The notes under the pieces are model-generated. The model ran no database searches. It saw only the letters and a list, made by a program, of their open reading frames with translations, and was not told the DNA's origin. Both the position numbers and the translations under genes were made by a program. A stretch of 64,000 nt of DNA, from NCBI GenBank assembly GCA_963814375.1, contig CAWFCQ010000008.1, forward strand, positions 160,001 to 224,000, given 5' to 3'. Positions 26,853 to 36,506 of this stretch are shown piece by piece; position 1 is the first letter of the stretch; each line of letters opens with the position of its first letter. This DNA comes from an uncultured Chloroflexia bacterium. Its GTDB lineage: Bacteria > Chloroflexota > Limnocylindria > QHBO01.

Positions 26853-27419
26853 ATGGCTGATCCCAAGTCCTCGCTCGAGGCCGCCGTGAGCACCTTGCTG
26901 GGCGAGATCGGCGAGGACCCGTCGCGCGAGGGCCTGGTCCGCACGCCTGAGCGGGTACGGCGCATGTACGACGAGCTGACGGCCGGCTATCACGTCGATC
27001 CCGACGAGCTCATGAACGGCGCCTGCTTCAACGTCGACTACGACGAGATGGTCGTGGTCCGCGACATCGAGTTCTTCAGCCTGTGCGAGCATCACCTGCT
27101 GCCTTTCACCGGCGCCGCCCACGTCGGATACCTGCCACGCGGTCGCGTGGTCGGTCTCTCGAAGATCCCGCGCATCGTCGACATGTATGCCCATCGGCTC
27201 CAGATCCAGGAGCGGCTCACCGTCCAGGTCGCCGACTTCCTGATGGAGCGGCTCGAGCCGAAGGGTGTCGCATGCGTGATCGAGGCCACCCATCTGTGCA
27301 CGATGATGCGTGGCGTGAAGAAGCAGCAGGCGACGATGGTCACATCCTCGATGACCGGAACGTTCCGCCGCGACGCCCGGACCCGTGCCGAGTTCATGGG
27401 CCTCATCGGCAAGGCCTGA
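26853..27419 (+). CDS. folE: GTP cyclohydrolase I
   Basis: [45 protein letters not shown]. Confidence 0.97.
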   Translation: MADPKSSLEAAVSTLLGEIGEDPSREGLVRTPERVRRMYDELTAGYHVDPDELMNGACFNVDYDEMVVVRDIEFFSLCEHHLLPFTGAAHVGYLPRGRVVGLSKIPRIVDMYAHRLQIQERLTVQVADFLMERLEPKGVACVIEATHLCTMMRGVKKQQATMVTSSMTGTFRRDARTRAEFMGLIGKA

Positions 27420-27424
27420 GACCG

Positions 27425-27727
27425 ATGCCGTACGCCGATCCCCTCACCGATGCCGAGCTGTCGGCCGCGCTCGCCGATCTGCCGGAGTGGTCGCGTGACG
27501 GTGACCTCATCCGTCGATCGGTGCGGGTCGCCGGATTTGGTGCAGCGGCGGAGCTCGTCGTCGCGGTTGCTTCCGCGGCCGATGCGGCGAACCACCACCC
27601 CGACGTCCACATCACCGGCTATCGCAACGTCACCTTCGAGCTGACGACCCACGCCGCCAATGCGCTGACCCGGCGCGACGTCGACCTTGCCGCCCAGATC
27701 GACCGGCTCATAATCGGCGCCGAATGA
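27425..27727 (+). CDS. pterin-4-alpha-carbinolamine dehydratase family protein
   Basis: [31 protein letters not shown]. Confidence 0.9.
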   Translation: MPYADPLTDAELSAALADLPEWSRDGDLIRRSVRVAGFGAAAELVVAVASAADAANHHPDVHITGYRNVTFELTTHAANALTRRDVDLAAQIDRLIIGAE

Positions 27728-28131
27728 GCGACGAGACGCCGATCCGGATCCTCATCGCCAAGCCGGGCCTCGACGGCCACGACCGCGGCGCCAAGGTTCT
27801 CGCCCGCGGCCTCCGCGACGAGGGGTTCGAGGTCATCTACACCGGCCTGCGCCAGACGCCGGAGATGATCGCCGACGCGGCCGAGCAGGAGGACGTGGAT
27901 GTCGTCGGCCTCTCGATCCTCTCTGGCGCGCACATGGCGCTGCTGCCGCGCACCGTGGCGCTCCTCCGCGAGCGCGGCATGTCGGACGTGCTCGTGGCCG
28001 CGGGCGGGATCATTCCCGATGCCGACGTCGCCAAGCTGAAGGAAGCGGGGATCGCCGAGATCTTCGGCCCCGGCACGTCCATCGGCCAGATCGCGCGCTA
28101 TTTCCGCGAGCACGTCAGCCGCGAGGCGTGA
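27724..28131 (+). CDS. cobalamin-binding small subunit of acyl-CoA mutase (IcmB-like)
   Basis: [12 protein letters not shown] (DxHxxG), [19 protein letters not shown]. Confidence 0.93.
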   Translation: MSDETPIRILIAKPGLDGHDRGAKVLARGLRDEGFEVIYTGLRQTPEMIADAAEQEDVDVVGLSILSGAHMALLPRTVALLRERGMSDVLVAAGGIIPDADVAKLKEAGIAEIFGPGTSIGQIARYFREHVSREA

Positions 28132-28144
28132 GGTCGCAACACCC

Positions 28145-29050
28145 GTGGTGAACGAGCTCGCATCGGGTGAGCGGCGGCCGCTGGCTCGGATGCTGACCCG
28201 CATCGAGAACGGCGACGCCTCGGTGCGGGAGCTGCTGCCCGAGCTGTTCGCGGCCGGTCGAGGCGGCCACGTCGTCGGCATCACGGGGCCGCCGGGGAGC
28301 GGAAAGTCCACGCTCGTCAACGCGCTGATCGGCACCTGGCGCGCGCGGGGCCTGCGGGTCGGGATCCTCGCCGTCGATCCATCCTCGCCGTACACCCGGG
28401 GCGCCATCCTCGGCGACCGAATCCGGATGATGGAGCACGCCGCCGACCGCGACGTCTTCATGCGGTCGATGGCGTCGCGCGGCGAGCTGGGCGGCCTGGC
28501 CGCCACGACCTGGATAGCGGCCGCCGCCCTCGATGCGGCCGGATTCGACCCGATCCTGATCGAGACGGTCGGCGCGGGGCAGTCGGAGGTCGAGGTGGCG
28601 CGCCTGGCCGAGACGACGGTCGTGGTCGAGGTCCCGGAGATGGGCGACGAGGTCCAGGCCATCAAGGCGGGGCTGCTCGAGATCGCCGACATCGTGGTCG
28701 TCAACAAGGGCGACCGACCGGGTGCCGATCGCGCGGCGCGCCAGCTGCGAGCGATGCTCTCGACCGCAGGCGGGCGCATCGAGCGGCCGCCGCCCCCGGT
28801 GCTCGTCACGACGGCGACGAACGGCGACGGCGTCACCGAGCTGGCCGACGCGATCGAGGCTCATCGGGCCCTGGCGCGCGAGCCGATTGCGGCCCGTGAC
28901 CGCGCCGCCAACCAGGTGCGCCGCGCGCTCGCCGATCTCGCGGCCGCACGCGCGGGTGCCTCGCCCGATTGGGAAGCGACGCTGGAAGCTGTCGCGGCCC
29001 GCCAGCTCGACCCGGTCACCGCCGCCACACGCTTGATAGAAGGAAGATGA
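28145..29050 (+). CDS. meaB: mutase-associated GTPase MeaB/ArgK
   Basis: GITGPPGSGKST, AVDPSSP, GAILGDRIRM, ETVGAGQSE, KAGLLEIAD, NKGD. Confidence 0.95.
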   Translation: MVNELASGERRPLARMLTRIENGDASVRELLPELFAAGRGGHVVGITGPPGSGKSTLVNALIGTWRARGLRVGILAVDPSSPYTRGAILGDRIRMMEHAADRDVFMRSMASRGELGGLAATTWIAAAALDAAGFDPILIETVGAGQSEVEVARLAETTVVVEVPEMGDEVQAIKAGLLEIADIVVVNKGDRPGADRAARQLRAMLSTAGGRIERPPPPVLVTTATNGDGVTELADAIEAHRALAREPIAARDRAANQVRRALADLAAARAGASPDWEATLEAVAARQLDPVTAATRLIEGR

Positions 29051-29995
29051 TGACGCCCATGCAGGTCGACGCCGTTATGGAGCGGTACGGTCCGCCCGCC
29101 ACGATCGAGATACCGCCGTGGATTGCCGATGCCCGCCTGGCCATCGGCGGCGCGGTCGGACGGCTGCTCGAGCTCGACGATGCGGTCCTCGCCCAACGAT
29201 GGCTGTGGCGCGACGATCGCGAGGGTGACGTGGACGCACGCTACGCGTTCTTCCGCTGCATCGAGACCCTCGAAGGGGCATCGGTCGCCGCGGCTCGTGC
29301 GACCGGCGAAGGCGGGCCCGATGCCGCCCGCCGCCGGAGCCTTCGGCCTCGGCACGATGGCCCGCTGGGACCTGCATGGCCTGCTCGCGCCGCTGGCTGA
29401 CGCCGACCTCGACCTGGATCCCGGCGGCGGCGAGTGGACCATTCGCCAGACGATCGCCCACGCGGTCAACGTCCAGCGCGCCTACCCCTCCTTCTCCGCC
29501 TGGTGGCTCACCCGAGAGCAGACCCCCGACCTGCCGCCGAGCGTCCCGGACGAGGTCGGCGAAGGCTTCCCGGAGGAGTCGGAGGAGGGAGCGGGATCGC
29601 TGGCGGAGATTCGCGCCCGGCTGGACGAAGCGATGGACGGCGCCGCGACTCGGCTGGCATCACTGGACGACGCACAGCTGGCGACGCCGGCGCGCTGGTC
29701 GGGCTACGCCGTGGACGTCGGCTTTCGCCTGACCCGCCAGTCGTCTCACCTCCAGGAGCACACGGTCCAGGTCGAGAAGACGCTCGTGATGCTCGGCCGG
29801 ACGCCGAGCGAGTCGGATCGGCTCGCCAGGCTCGTGCTGCGTGCCTACGGACGCCTCGAGGCCGCCGTGTACGCGCTCCCGACGGCAGCGGCGGAGCTGG
29901 GTCGCGACACCGTGCTCGGCGCGGTCGACAGGGTCGCCGACGTGGCGGGCCACGTCCGGCAGTCAGGCTCGACCGAGGCCGACACCGGTACCTGA
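29047..29995 (+). CDS. DinB/YfiT-family protein; frameshift near 29300
   Basis: ATGA overlap with meaB. N-part in frame 28969-29400; C-part GEWTIRQTIAH...SHLQEH in frame 29123-29995. Confidence 0.7.
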
Positions 29996-29999
29996 CGGC

Positions 30000-30404
30000 T
30001 CAGATCGCTGCGATCGCCTGGACCTCGATGAGCATCTCCTCGCTGGCGAGGCCGCTGACGATGAGAAGCGTGCTCGGCGGATAGCGCCCGTCCGGGAAGA
30101 GCCGCGCGAACTCGCGGGTCCGCCACTCGCGGAAGGCCGCGACGTCCTCGCGCCGCGTGAGGAAGCTCATCGTCTGAATGACGCTGGCCCAGCCGGCGCC
30201 GGCTGCGTCGAGCGCCGCCCCCAGGTTGGCGAACACCTGCGCGCACTGGTCCTCGAAGCCATCGGCCAGCGTGCCATCGGCCCCGACTCCGACCTGTCCG
30301 GCGATGACCACGAGGGTCGCGCCAGCCGGCGCGCGCGCGACGTGCGAGTAGGTGCCCGCGGGTGGCCGGACCGTGTCCGGATTGAAGATCTCGATCTCGC
30401 TCAT
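30000..30404 (-). CDS. RidA/YjgF/UK114 family protein
   Basis: PAGTYSHV, IAGQVG, QVFANL, PPSTLLIVSGLA...IEVQAIA. Confidence 0.9.
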   Translation of the reverse strand: MSEIEIFNPDTVRPPAGTYSHVARAPAGATLVVIAGQVGVGADGTLADGFEDQCAQVFANLGAALDAAGAGWASVIQTMSFLTRREDVAAFREWRTREFARLFPDGRYPPSTLLIVSGLASEEMLIEVQAIAAI

Positions 30405-30472
30405 GGCCGCCAGTATGAAGCCGGGCCGGGGCCCTCCGGGCACTCGACCACGGCTGGTACGCTTCGTCGCGC

Positions 30473-31346
30473 ATGAGCATCGACCGCGTCTTCGTCATCG
30501 GCGCCGGCCTGATGGGCCATGGGATCGCGCAGGTCAGCGCCGCCGCCGGCAAGCGGGTCACCCTCTCGGATCGCACCGGCGACCTGGCTGCGAAGGGGAG
30601 GGACCGCATCGGCGGCAACCTCGCCCGCCAGGTACGAGAAGGGCAAGCTCGACCAGGCAGCCGCCGACGCGCTGCTGGAGCGCATCGGTACCTCCGAGGG
30701 GACCGATGGCGCCGCCGGCCACCAGATCGTGATCGAGGCCGTCTTCGAGGACGAGGCCGTCAAGCGCAGCACCTGGGAATCGCTCACCAGGTCCGCCGAC
30801 GCCGATGCGATCTTCGCCTCGAACACGAGCAGCATCAGCATCACCGGCCTGGCGACGGCGACCGATCGGCCTGCGAGGTTCATCGGCCTTCACTTCTTCT
30901 CACCCGTGCCGGTGATGGGCCTGATCGAGATCATCCGCGGCCTCGAGACCGATGACCCCACCTACGACGCCTGCCGCGCGTTCGCCGAGGATCTCGGCAA
31001 GACGGTGATCGAGTCGAAGGACATGCCGGGCTTTCTCGTGAACCGAATGCTCGGCCCGTTCATCAACGAGGCGGTCTTCGCGCTGATGGAGTCGACCGGC
31101 ACGGCCGCCGACATCGACACCGGGGCAAAGCTCGGCCTCAACCATCCGATGGGCCCGCTCGAGCTCAGTGACTTCATCGGCAACGACGTCATGCTCAACG
31201 TCATGGACGTGCTGCACCGCGGCTTCGGCGACCCGAAGTTCCGCGCCGCGCCCCTCCTGCGCCAGATGGTCACCGCCGGGCACCTCGGCCGGAAGACGGG
31301 GCGCGGCTTCTACGCCTACGACGAGGCGGGGAAGAAACTGGGCTGA
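30473..31346 (+). CDS. hbd: 3-hydroxybutyryl-CoA dehydrogenase; +1 frameshift near 30634
   Basis: VIGAGLMGHGIAQ; IEAVFED, ASNTSSISIT, GLHFFSPVPVM, PGFLVNR, NHPMGPL. One extra A in CAGGTACGAGAAG splits ORFs 30473-30955 and 30519-31346. Confidence 0.9.
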
Positions 31347-32527
31347 TGGCCGTCGAGACCGCACCGGCCCGCGATCCGCTCGCCCTCAGCGAGGAGGAGC
31401 GCTCCGTCCGCGACCTCGTTCGCGACTGGGCGCAGCGCGAGGTTGCGCCGGGTGCGGCTGAGCGCGACGAGGAGGAGCGCTACGACCGGAAGCTGTTCGA
31501 GCGCGCCGGCGAGCTCGGCATCACCGGCCTGCCCTACCCGGAGGAGGTCGGCGGCGCCGGCCTCGGAACCTTCGAGTGGGCACTGGCCCTCGAGGAGATC
31601 GCCGCGGCCGACATGGCAATGGCGGTCAGCCTGTCGGTCCACATCCTCAGCCAGCTCTGCATCTTCGCCAACGGCACCGAAGACCAGAAGTCGCAGTTCC
31701 TGCCGCCGATGACCGCCGGTCGCGAGCTCGGCGCCTTCGCGCTGACCGAGCCCGGCGCCGGCTCCGACGCCGCCTCGCTGTCACTCGCCGCGCGACGCGA
31801 CGGCGACGCGTACCTCCTCACCGGCACGAAGATCTGGATCACCAACGCGGGGGACGCGGCGCGCTATGTCGTCTTCGGCACCGTCGATCGCTCGAAGGGC
31901 AAGAACGGGATCACCGCCTTCGTGGTCGAGGCCGACACCCCCGGCTTCCGGCTCGGGTCGAAGGAACGCAAGATGGGGATCCGCGGCACGACCGGAGCCG
32001 AGCTCGTGTTCGAGGACGCCCGCGTGCCGGTCGACAACCGCCTCGGCGAGGAGGGCGATGGCCTGCGTGTCGCGCTCTCGGCGCTCGGCGCCGGGCGCAT
32101 CGGCATCGCCGCAGCCTGCACCGGGCTGGCCCGCAGCGCGCTCGAGCTGTCTGCCCGCTACGCGCTCGAGCGCCGCCAGTTCGGCCGCGCCATCGCCGAC
32201 ACCGAGATGATCCAGGCCATGCTGGCCGAGATGGCAGTCCAGGTCGACGCGGCTCGCCTCCTCACCTGGCGGGCGGCGCGCATGCGGGACGCGGGTCAGC
32301 CGATCAACAGCGCCTCGAGCATGGCCAAGTGGTACGCCTCCGACGTCGCCATGAAGGTCTCGACCGATGCGGTCCAGATCTACGGCGGCGCCGGCTACTC
32401 GCGCGACAACCCGGTCGAGCGCCTCATGCGCGACGCGAAGGGCGCGCAGATCTACGAGGGAACGAACCAGATCCACCGTCTCATCGTGGCGCAGGGGTTG
32501 CTCGACTCCGTGCGCCGCGACGGATGA
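31346..32527 (+). CDS. acyl-CoA dehydrogenase (short/branched-chain type)
   Basis: FALTEPGAGSDA, GTKIWITN, KMGIRG, RRQFG, QIYGGAGY, QIYEGTNQI. Confidence 0.95.
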   Translation: MAVETAPARDPLALSEEERSVRDLVRDWAQREVAPGAAERDEEERYDRKLFERAGELGITGLPYPEEVGGAGLGTFEWALALEEIAAADMAMAVSLSVHILSQLCIFANGTEDQKSQFLPPMTAGRELGAFALTEPGAGSDAASLSLAARRDGDAYLLTGTKIWITNAGDAARYVVFGTVDRSKGKNGITAFVVEADTPGFRLGSKERKMGIRGTTGAELVFEDARVPVDNRLGEEGDGLRVALSALGAGRIGIAAACTGLARSALELSARYALERRQFGRAIADTEMIQAMLAEMAVQVDAARLLTWRAARMRDAGQPINSASSMAKWYASDVAMKVSTDAVQIYGGAGYSRDNPVERLMRDAKGAQIYEGTNQIHRLIVAQGLLDSVRRDG

Positions 32528-32558
32528 GCACGCCCACCACCCGCAGGAGACGAGACCG

Positions 32559-34514
32559 ATGACGACGACGATCGCTCCACGCGACCCGGCGACGGAGCCC
32601 GAAGCGGCCACAGCGCCGCAGCGGCTGATGCAGACGCCCGAGATCGAGCCGCTCACGGTCGCGCCTGAGGACCGGGCGCGCAATGTCGTCGACCTCATCG
32701 CGCGTTCCGTCGAGCGCAACGCCGGTCGCGAGGCGCTGCGATGGAAGCTGCCGAAGGCACAGCGCACCGAGGGTGCCGAGAGCGTCTGGACGAGCCGCAC
32801 GTATCGCGAGATGTGGGACTGGGTCACCAAGCTGTCGCTCGGCCTGCGCGACCTCGGCATCCGCGACGGCGACAGCGTTGCGATCATCGCGCGCACGCGC
32901 CCCGAGTGGGCGATCAGCGACATCGCCTCCCTGGCTCTCGGCGCCGTGACCTGCCCGATCTATCCGCAGTCGGAGCCCGGCCAGGCAGCATTCGTCCTCA
33001 ACAACACCGGCGCCAGGGCGGTCTTCGTCGAGAACGTTCAGCAGGCAGCGAAGATCGCATCGGTCCGGTCGGAGTGCCCGAAGCTCGAGCACGTGATCAG
33101 CTTCGAGGCGAGCGGCAAGCTGCCGGAAGGCACCCTGACGCTTGACGACGTCATGGCGCGCGCCGACATGGAGGCCGCCAACCGCGTTGCCTGGCGCGAC
33201 GGGTGGTTGGCGGTCGACCGCGATCATCTCGCGACCGTCATCCACACCTCGGGCACGACCGCCAACCCGAAGGGGGCCATGCTCAGCCACGGCAACCTGC
33301 TGTTCAACTACGAGGCGGCCAACCAGGTCGTCGACTTCTACGAGACCGATGTCTTCCTCAGCTTCCTGCCGCTCAGCCACATCTACGGGCGGATCATGGA
33401 CGAGATCGTGGCCCTCGGACGGGGAGCCGCGGTTGTCTACGCCGAAGCGCTGATCGAGCGCCTGCCGGCGAACATGGTCGAGGTCCAGCCCACGGTCATG
33501 GGCTCCGTGCCGCGCCTCTACGAGCGCGTCTATGCCCGGGTTCAATCGGCCGTCGAGGCCGGCTCGCCGATGCGCCAGCGCATCTTCCACTGGGCCTCCG
33601 GGCTCGGCGCGCAGAAGTACGCGAACCACGTGGCCGGCAGGGGCGACTCGCCCTGGCTGGCCCTCCAGCTCAAGCTCGCCGATGCACTCGTCTTCGGCAA
33701 GATCCGCGACCGCACCGGCGGACGGGTGCGCTACTTCGTTTCGGGCTCGGCGCCGCTGGCGGGCGAGATCGGCGAGTTCTTCTACGCCATGGGCATGCTC
33801 GTGCTCGAGGGCTACGGCCTGACCGAGACCTCGCCCTTCGTGAGCCTCAACCGTCCCGACGACTTCGTCTTCGGCACCGTTGGTCGCCCGGCGCCCGGGT
33901 CGGAGGTGAAGATCGATCCGGAGACCGGCGAGATCCTCGTGCGCGGCCCGCAGATCATGCAGGGCTACCTCAACGCGCCGGAGGAGACGGCCAAGGCGAT
34001 CGATCCCGACGGCTGGTTCCACACCGGCGACATCGGTGAGCTCGATGAGATCGGCCGCATCCGGATCACCGATCGGCTCAAGAACATCATCGTCCTCGGC
34101 AACGGCAAGAACGTGTCACCTGCGCCGATGGAGGCCGCGCTGTCCACCTCGCGCTACGTGGCCCAGGCGGTGATCCTCGGCGACCGCCAGGCCTACACCG
34201 GCGTGCTGATAGCCCCCGACTTCGACGAGCTCGGGGCGTGGGCCGCCACGAACGGCATCGCGGCCGAGATGCCACCGGAGCAGCTCATCGAGGAGCGGGC
34301 GGTCGAGAAGCTGTTCGATGCGGAGGTAAAGCGCACCCTCGACGGTTTCGCGATCTACGAGCGACCGCGGCGCGTCGCTCTCCTGCCCCGCCTCCTTACC
34401 GAGGAGGCCGGTGAGCTGACGCCGTCGCTCAAGACGAAGAACCGCGTCGTCCTGAAGAACTGGGCCGACAAGATCGCCTACCTCTTCGACGAGAAGAAGG
34501 CCGAGGCCCGGTAG
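32559..34514 (+). CDS. long-chain fatty acid--CoA ligase
   Basis: HTSGTTANPKG, SFLPLSH, EGYGLTET, GWFHTGDIG, ELTPSLK; AGGAG SD. Confidence 0.93.
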   Translation: MTTTIAPRDPATEPEAATAPQRLMQTPEIEPLTVAPEDRARNVVDLIARSVERNAGREALRWKLPKAQRTEGAESVWTSRTYREMWDWVTKLSLGLRDLGIRDGDSVAIIARTRPEWAISDIASLALGAVTCPIYPQSEPGQAAFVLNNTGARAVFVENVQQAAKIASVRSECPKLEHVISFEASGKLPEGTLTLDDVMARADMEAANRVAWRDGWLAVDRDHLATVIHTSGTTANPKGAMLSHGNLLFNYEAANQVVDFYETDVFLSFLPLSHIYGRIMDEIVALGRGAAVVYAEALIERLPANMVEVQPTVMGSVPRLYERVYARVQSAVEAGSPMRQRIFHWASGLGAQKYANHVAGRGDSPWLALQLKLADALVFGKIRDRTGGRVRYFVSGSAPLAGEIGEFFYAMGMLVLEGYGLTETSPFVSLNRPDDFVFGTVGRPAPGSEVKIDPETGEILVRGPQIMQGYLNAPEETAKAIDPDGWFHTGDIGELDEIGRIRITDRLKNIIVLGNGKNVSPAPMEAALSTSRYVAQAVILGDRQAYTGVLIAPDFDELGAWAATNGIAAEMPPEQLIEERAVEKLFDAEVKRTLDGFAIYERPRRVALLPRLLTEEAGELTPSLKTKNRVVLKNWADKIAYLFDEKKAEAR

Positions 34515-34559
34515 CCCCGCGATTCGAGGCCATCCGCCGCGGCGAGTACCATCAGCTCC

Positions 34560-35735
34560 ATGCGTGACGTGTACATCCTCTCCGCCGCCCGCACGCCGAT
34601 CGGGAAGTTCGGCGGGGCGCTCTCGACGACTCCGGCCACCGACTTGGGGTCGACGGCGATCCGCGCCGCGGTCGAGCGTTCCTCGGTGGCGCCGGAGAAG
34701 GTCGACGAGGTGATCATGGGCCAGGTGCTCCAGGCGGGCGCCGGCCAGGCCCCGGCGCGCCAGGCTGCCCTGAAGGCGGGGCTGCCGGAGAGCGTCAGCG
34801 CCACGACCATCAACAAGGTGTGCGGCTCCGGGCTCAAGGCCGTGATGCTCGGTGCATCGGGCATTCGAGCCGGCGATGCCGAGCTCATCGTGGCCGGCGG
34901 CATGGAGAGCATGAACATGGCGCCCTACCTGCTGCCGCAGGCGCGGACCGGGTACCGGCTGGGCGATGGCAAGGTGGTGGACTCGACCGTCCACGACGGC
35001 CTGTGGTGCTCGACCTGTGACGTCCACATGGGCATGCATGCCGAGCGGGTCGCGGCCAAGCACGAAGTCACCCGCGAGGCCCAGGACGAGTTCGCGCTGC
35101 GCTCGCACGAGCGCGCGGTCGCCGCCCAGGAAGCTGGCCGATTCGACGAGGAGATCGTCCCCGTGACGGTGCCCGGCAGGAAGGGCGACACCGTGGTGAA
35201 GGCCGATGAGGGCCCGCGCGCCGATACCAGCCCGGAGGCACTCGCGAAGCTGAAGCCCGCCTTCCAGCCTGACGGCGGGACCGTCACCGCCGGCAATGCA
35301 CCGGGCATCACCGATGGTGCCGCGGCGCTCGTCATCGGCTCGGAGGATGCGCTGAACGGCGCCCAGCCGATGGCGCGCATCACCGGCTATGCCCAGGCCG
35401 ATGTCGCCCCCGAGTGGCTGTTCGAAGCGCCGATTCACGGCGTGCGGCGGCTGATCGAGCGCGTCGGCGGCTCGCTCGACGACTACGACCTGATCGAGAT
35501 CAACGAGGCATTCGCCGCACAGGTCCTGGCCGATGGCAACGAGCTCGGCTTCGACTGGGATCGCGTCAACGTCAACGGCGGCGCCATTGCGCTCGGCCAC
35601 CCGATCGGCGCATCCGGCGCCCGCGTCCTGACCACGCTCCTGTACGAGCTCCGACGCCGCGGCGGTGGCAAGGGCCTCGCCACGCTGTGCCTCGGCGGCG
35701 GGGGAGCGGTGGCGATGGCGGTCGAAACAGTCTGA
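34560..35735 (+). CDS. acetyl-CoA C-acetyltransferase (thiolase)
   Basis: [34 protein letters not shown]. Confidence 0.96.
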   Translation: MRDVYILSAARTPIGKFGGALSTTPATDLGSTAIRAAVERSSVAPEKVDEVIMGQVLQAGAGQAPARQAALKAGLPESVSATTINKVCGSGLKAVMLGASGIRAGDAELIVAGGMESMNMAPYLLPQARTGYRLGDGKVVDSTVHDGLWCSTCDVHMGMHAERVAAKHEVTREAQDEFALRSHERAVAAQEAGRFDEEIVPVTVPGRKGDTVVKADEGPRADTSPEALAKLKPAFQPDGGTVTAGNAPGITDGAAALVIGSEDALNGAQPMARITGYAQADVAPEWLFEAPIHGVRRLIERVGGSLDDYDLIEINEAFAAQVLADGNELGFDWDRVNVNGGAIALGHPIGASGARVLTTLLYELRRRGGGKGLATLCLGGGGAVAMAVETV

Positions 35736-35749
35736 CGACCGATCCCGCG

Positions 35750-36493
35750 GTGCCCGACGCGGTCTTCGACAATCCGAAGCTCGCCGCGATCTACGACGCG
35801 CTCGATCCGGACCGCTCCGATCTGGACGCCTATCTCGCGATGGTCGACGAGTTCGGCGCGCGCTCGGTGGTCGACCTCGGGTGCGGGACCGGCGTCTTCG
35901 CCCTGCTCCTGGCCGAGCGTGGCGTCGAGGTCATCGGAGTCGACCCCGCCGGCGCGTCGCTCGACGTCGCCCGCGCCAAGCCGGGCGCAGAGCGCGTGAT
36001 GTGGATCCACGGGGATGCATCGGCGATTCCGGCGTCCGTGCAGGTGGACGCGGTGACGATGACGGCCAACGTCGCCCAGGTCTTCCTGACCGATGCGGAC
36101 TGGCTCGCGACGCTTGCCGCCGCTCATGCCGCCCTCCGTCCCGGCGGGCGCCTGATCTTCGAGTCGCGCGACCCAGGCCGACGCGCGTGGGAGGGGTGGA
36201 CCGAGGAGCGGACTCGCTCGACGATCGACATTCCCGGCGTCGGCAGGGTGACCGATTGGGTCCAGGTGATCGAGGTCGACGGTGAGCTCGTGACCTTCGA
36301 ATCGCCGAATGTCTTCGAGGCGGATGGCACCGTCATCACGTCGCGATCGACGCTTCGATTTCGCTCGCGCCAGGCCATCGAGGAGTCGCTGGCGGCTTGT
36401 GGGTTCGCGCTCGAAGACGTCCGTGACGCGCCGGACCGCCCGGGCCGTGAGTTCGTGTTCGTCGCGAGGAGGGATACCGATCCGGGACGTTGA
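35750..36493 (+). CDS. class I SAM-dependent methyltransferase
   Basis: VVDLGCGTG, GVDPA, MTANVAQVF, LRPGGRLIFES. Confidence 0.9.
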   Translation: MPDAVFDNPKLAAIYDALDPDRSDLDAYLAMVDEFGARSVVDLGCGTGVFALLLAERGVEVIGVDPAGASLDVARAKPGAERVMWIHGDASAIPASVQVDAVTMTANVAQVFLTDADWLATLAAAHAALRPGGRLIFESRDPGRRAWEGWTEERTRSTIDIPGVGRVTDWVQVIEVDGELVTFESPNVFEADGTVITSRSTLRFRSRQAIEESLAACGFALEDVRDAPDRPGREFVFVARRDTDPGR

Positions 36494-36506
36494 CCAGACC
36501 AGCTGA

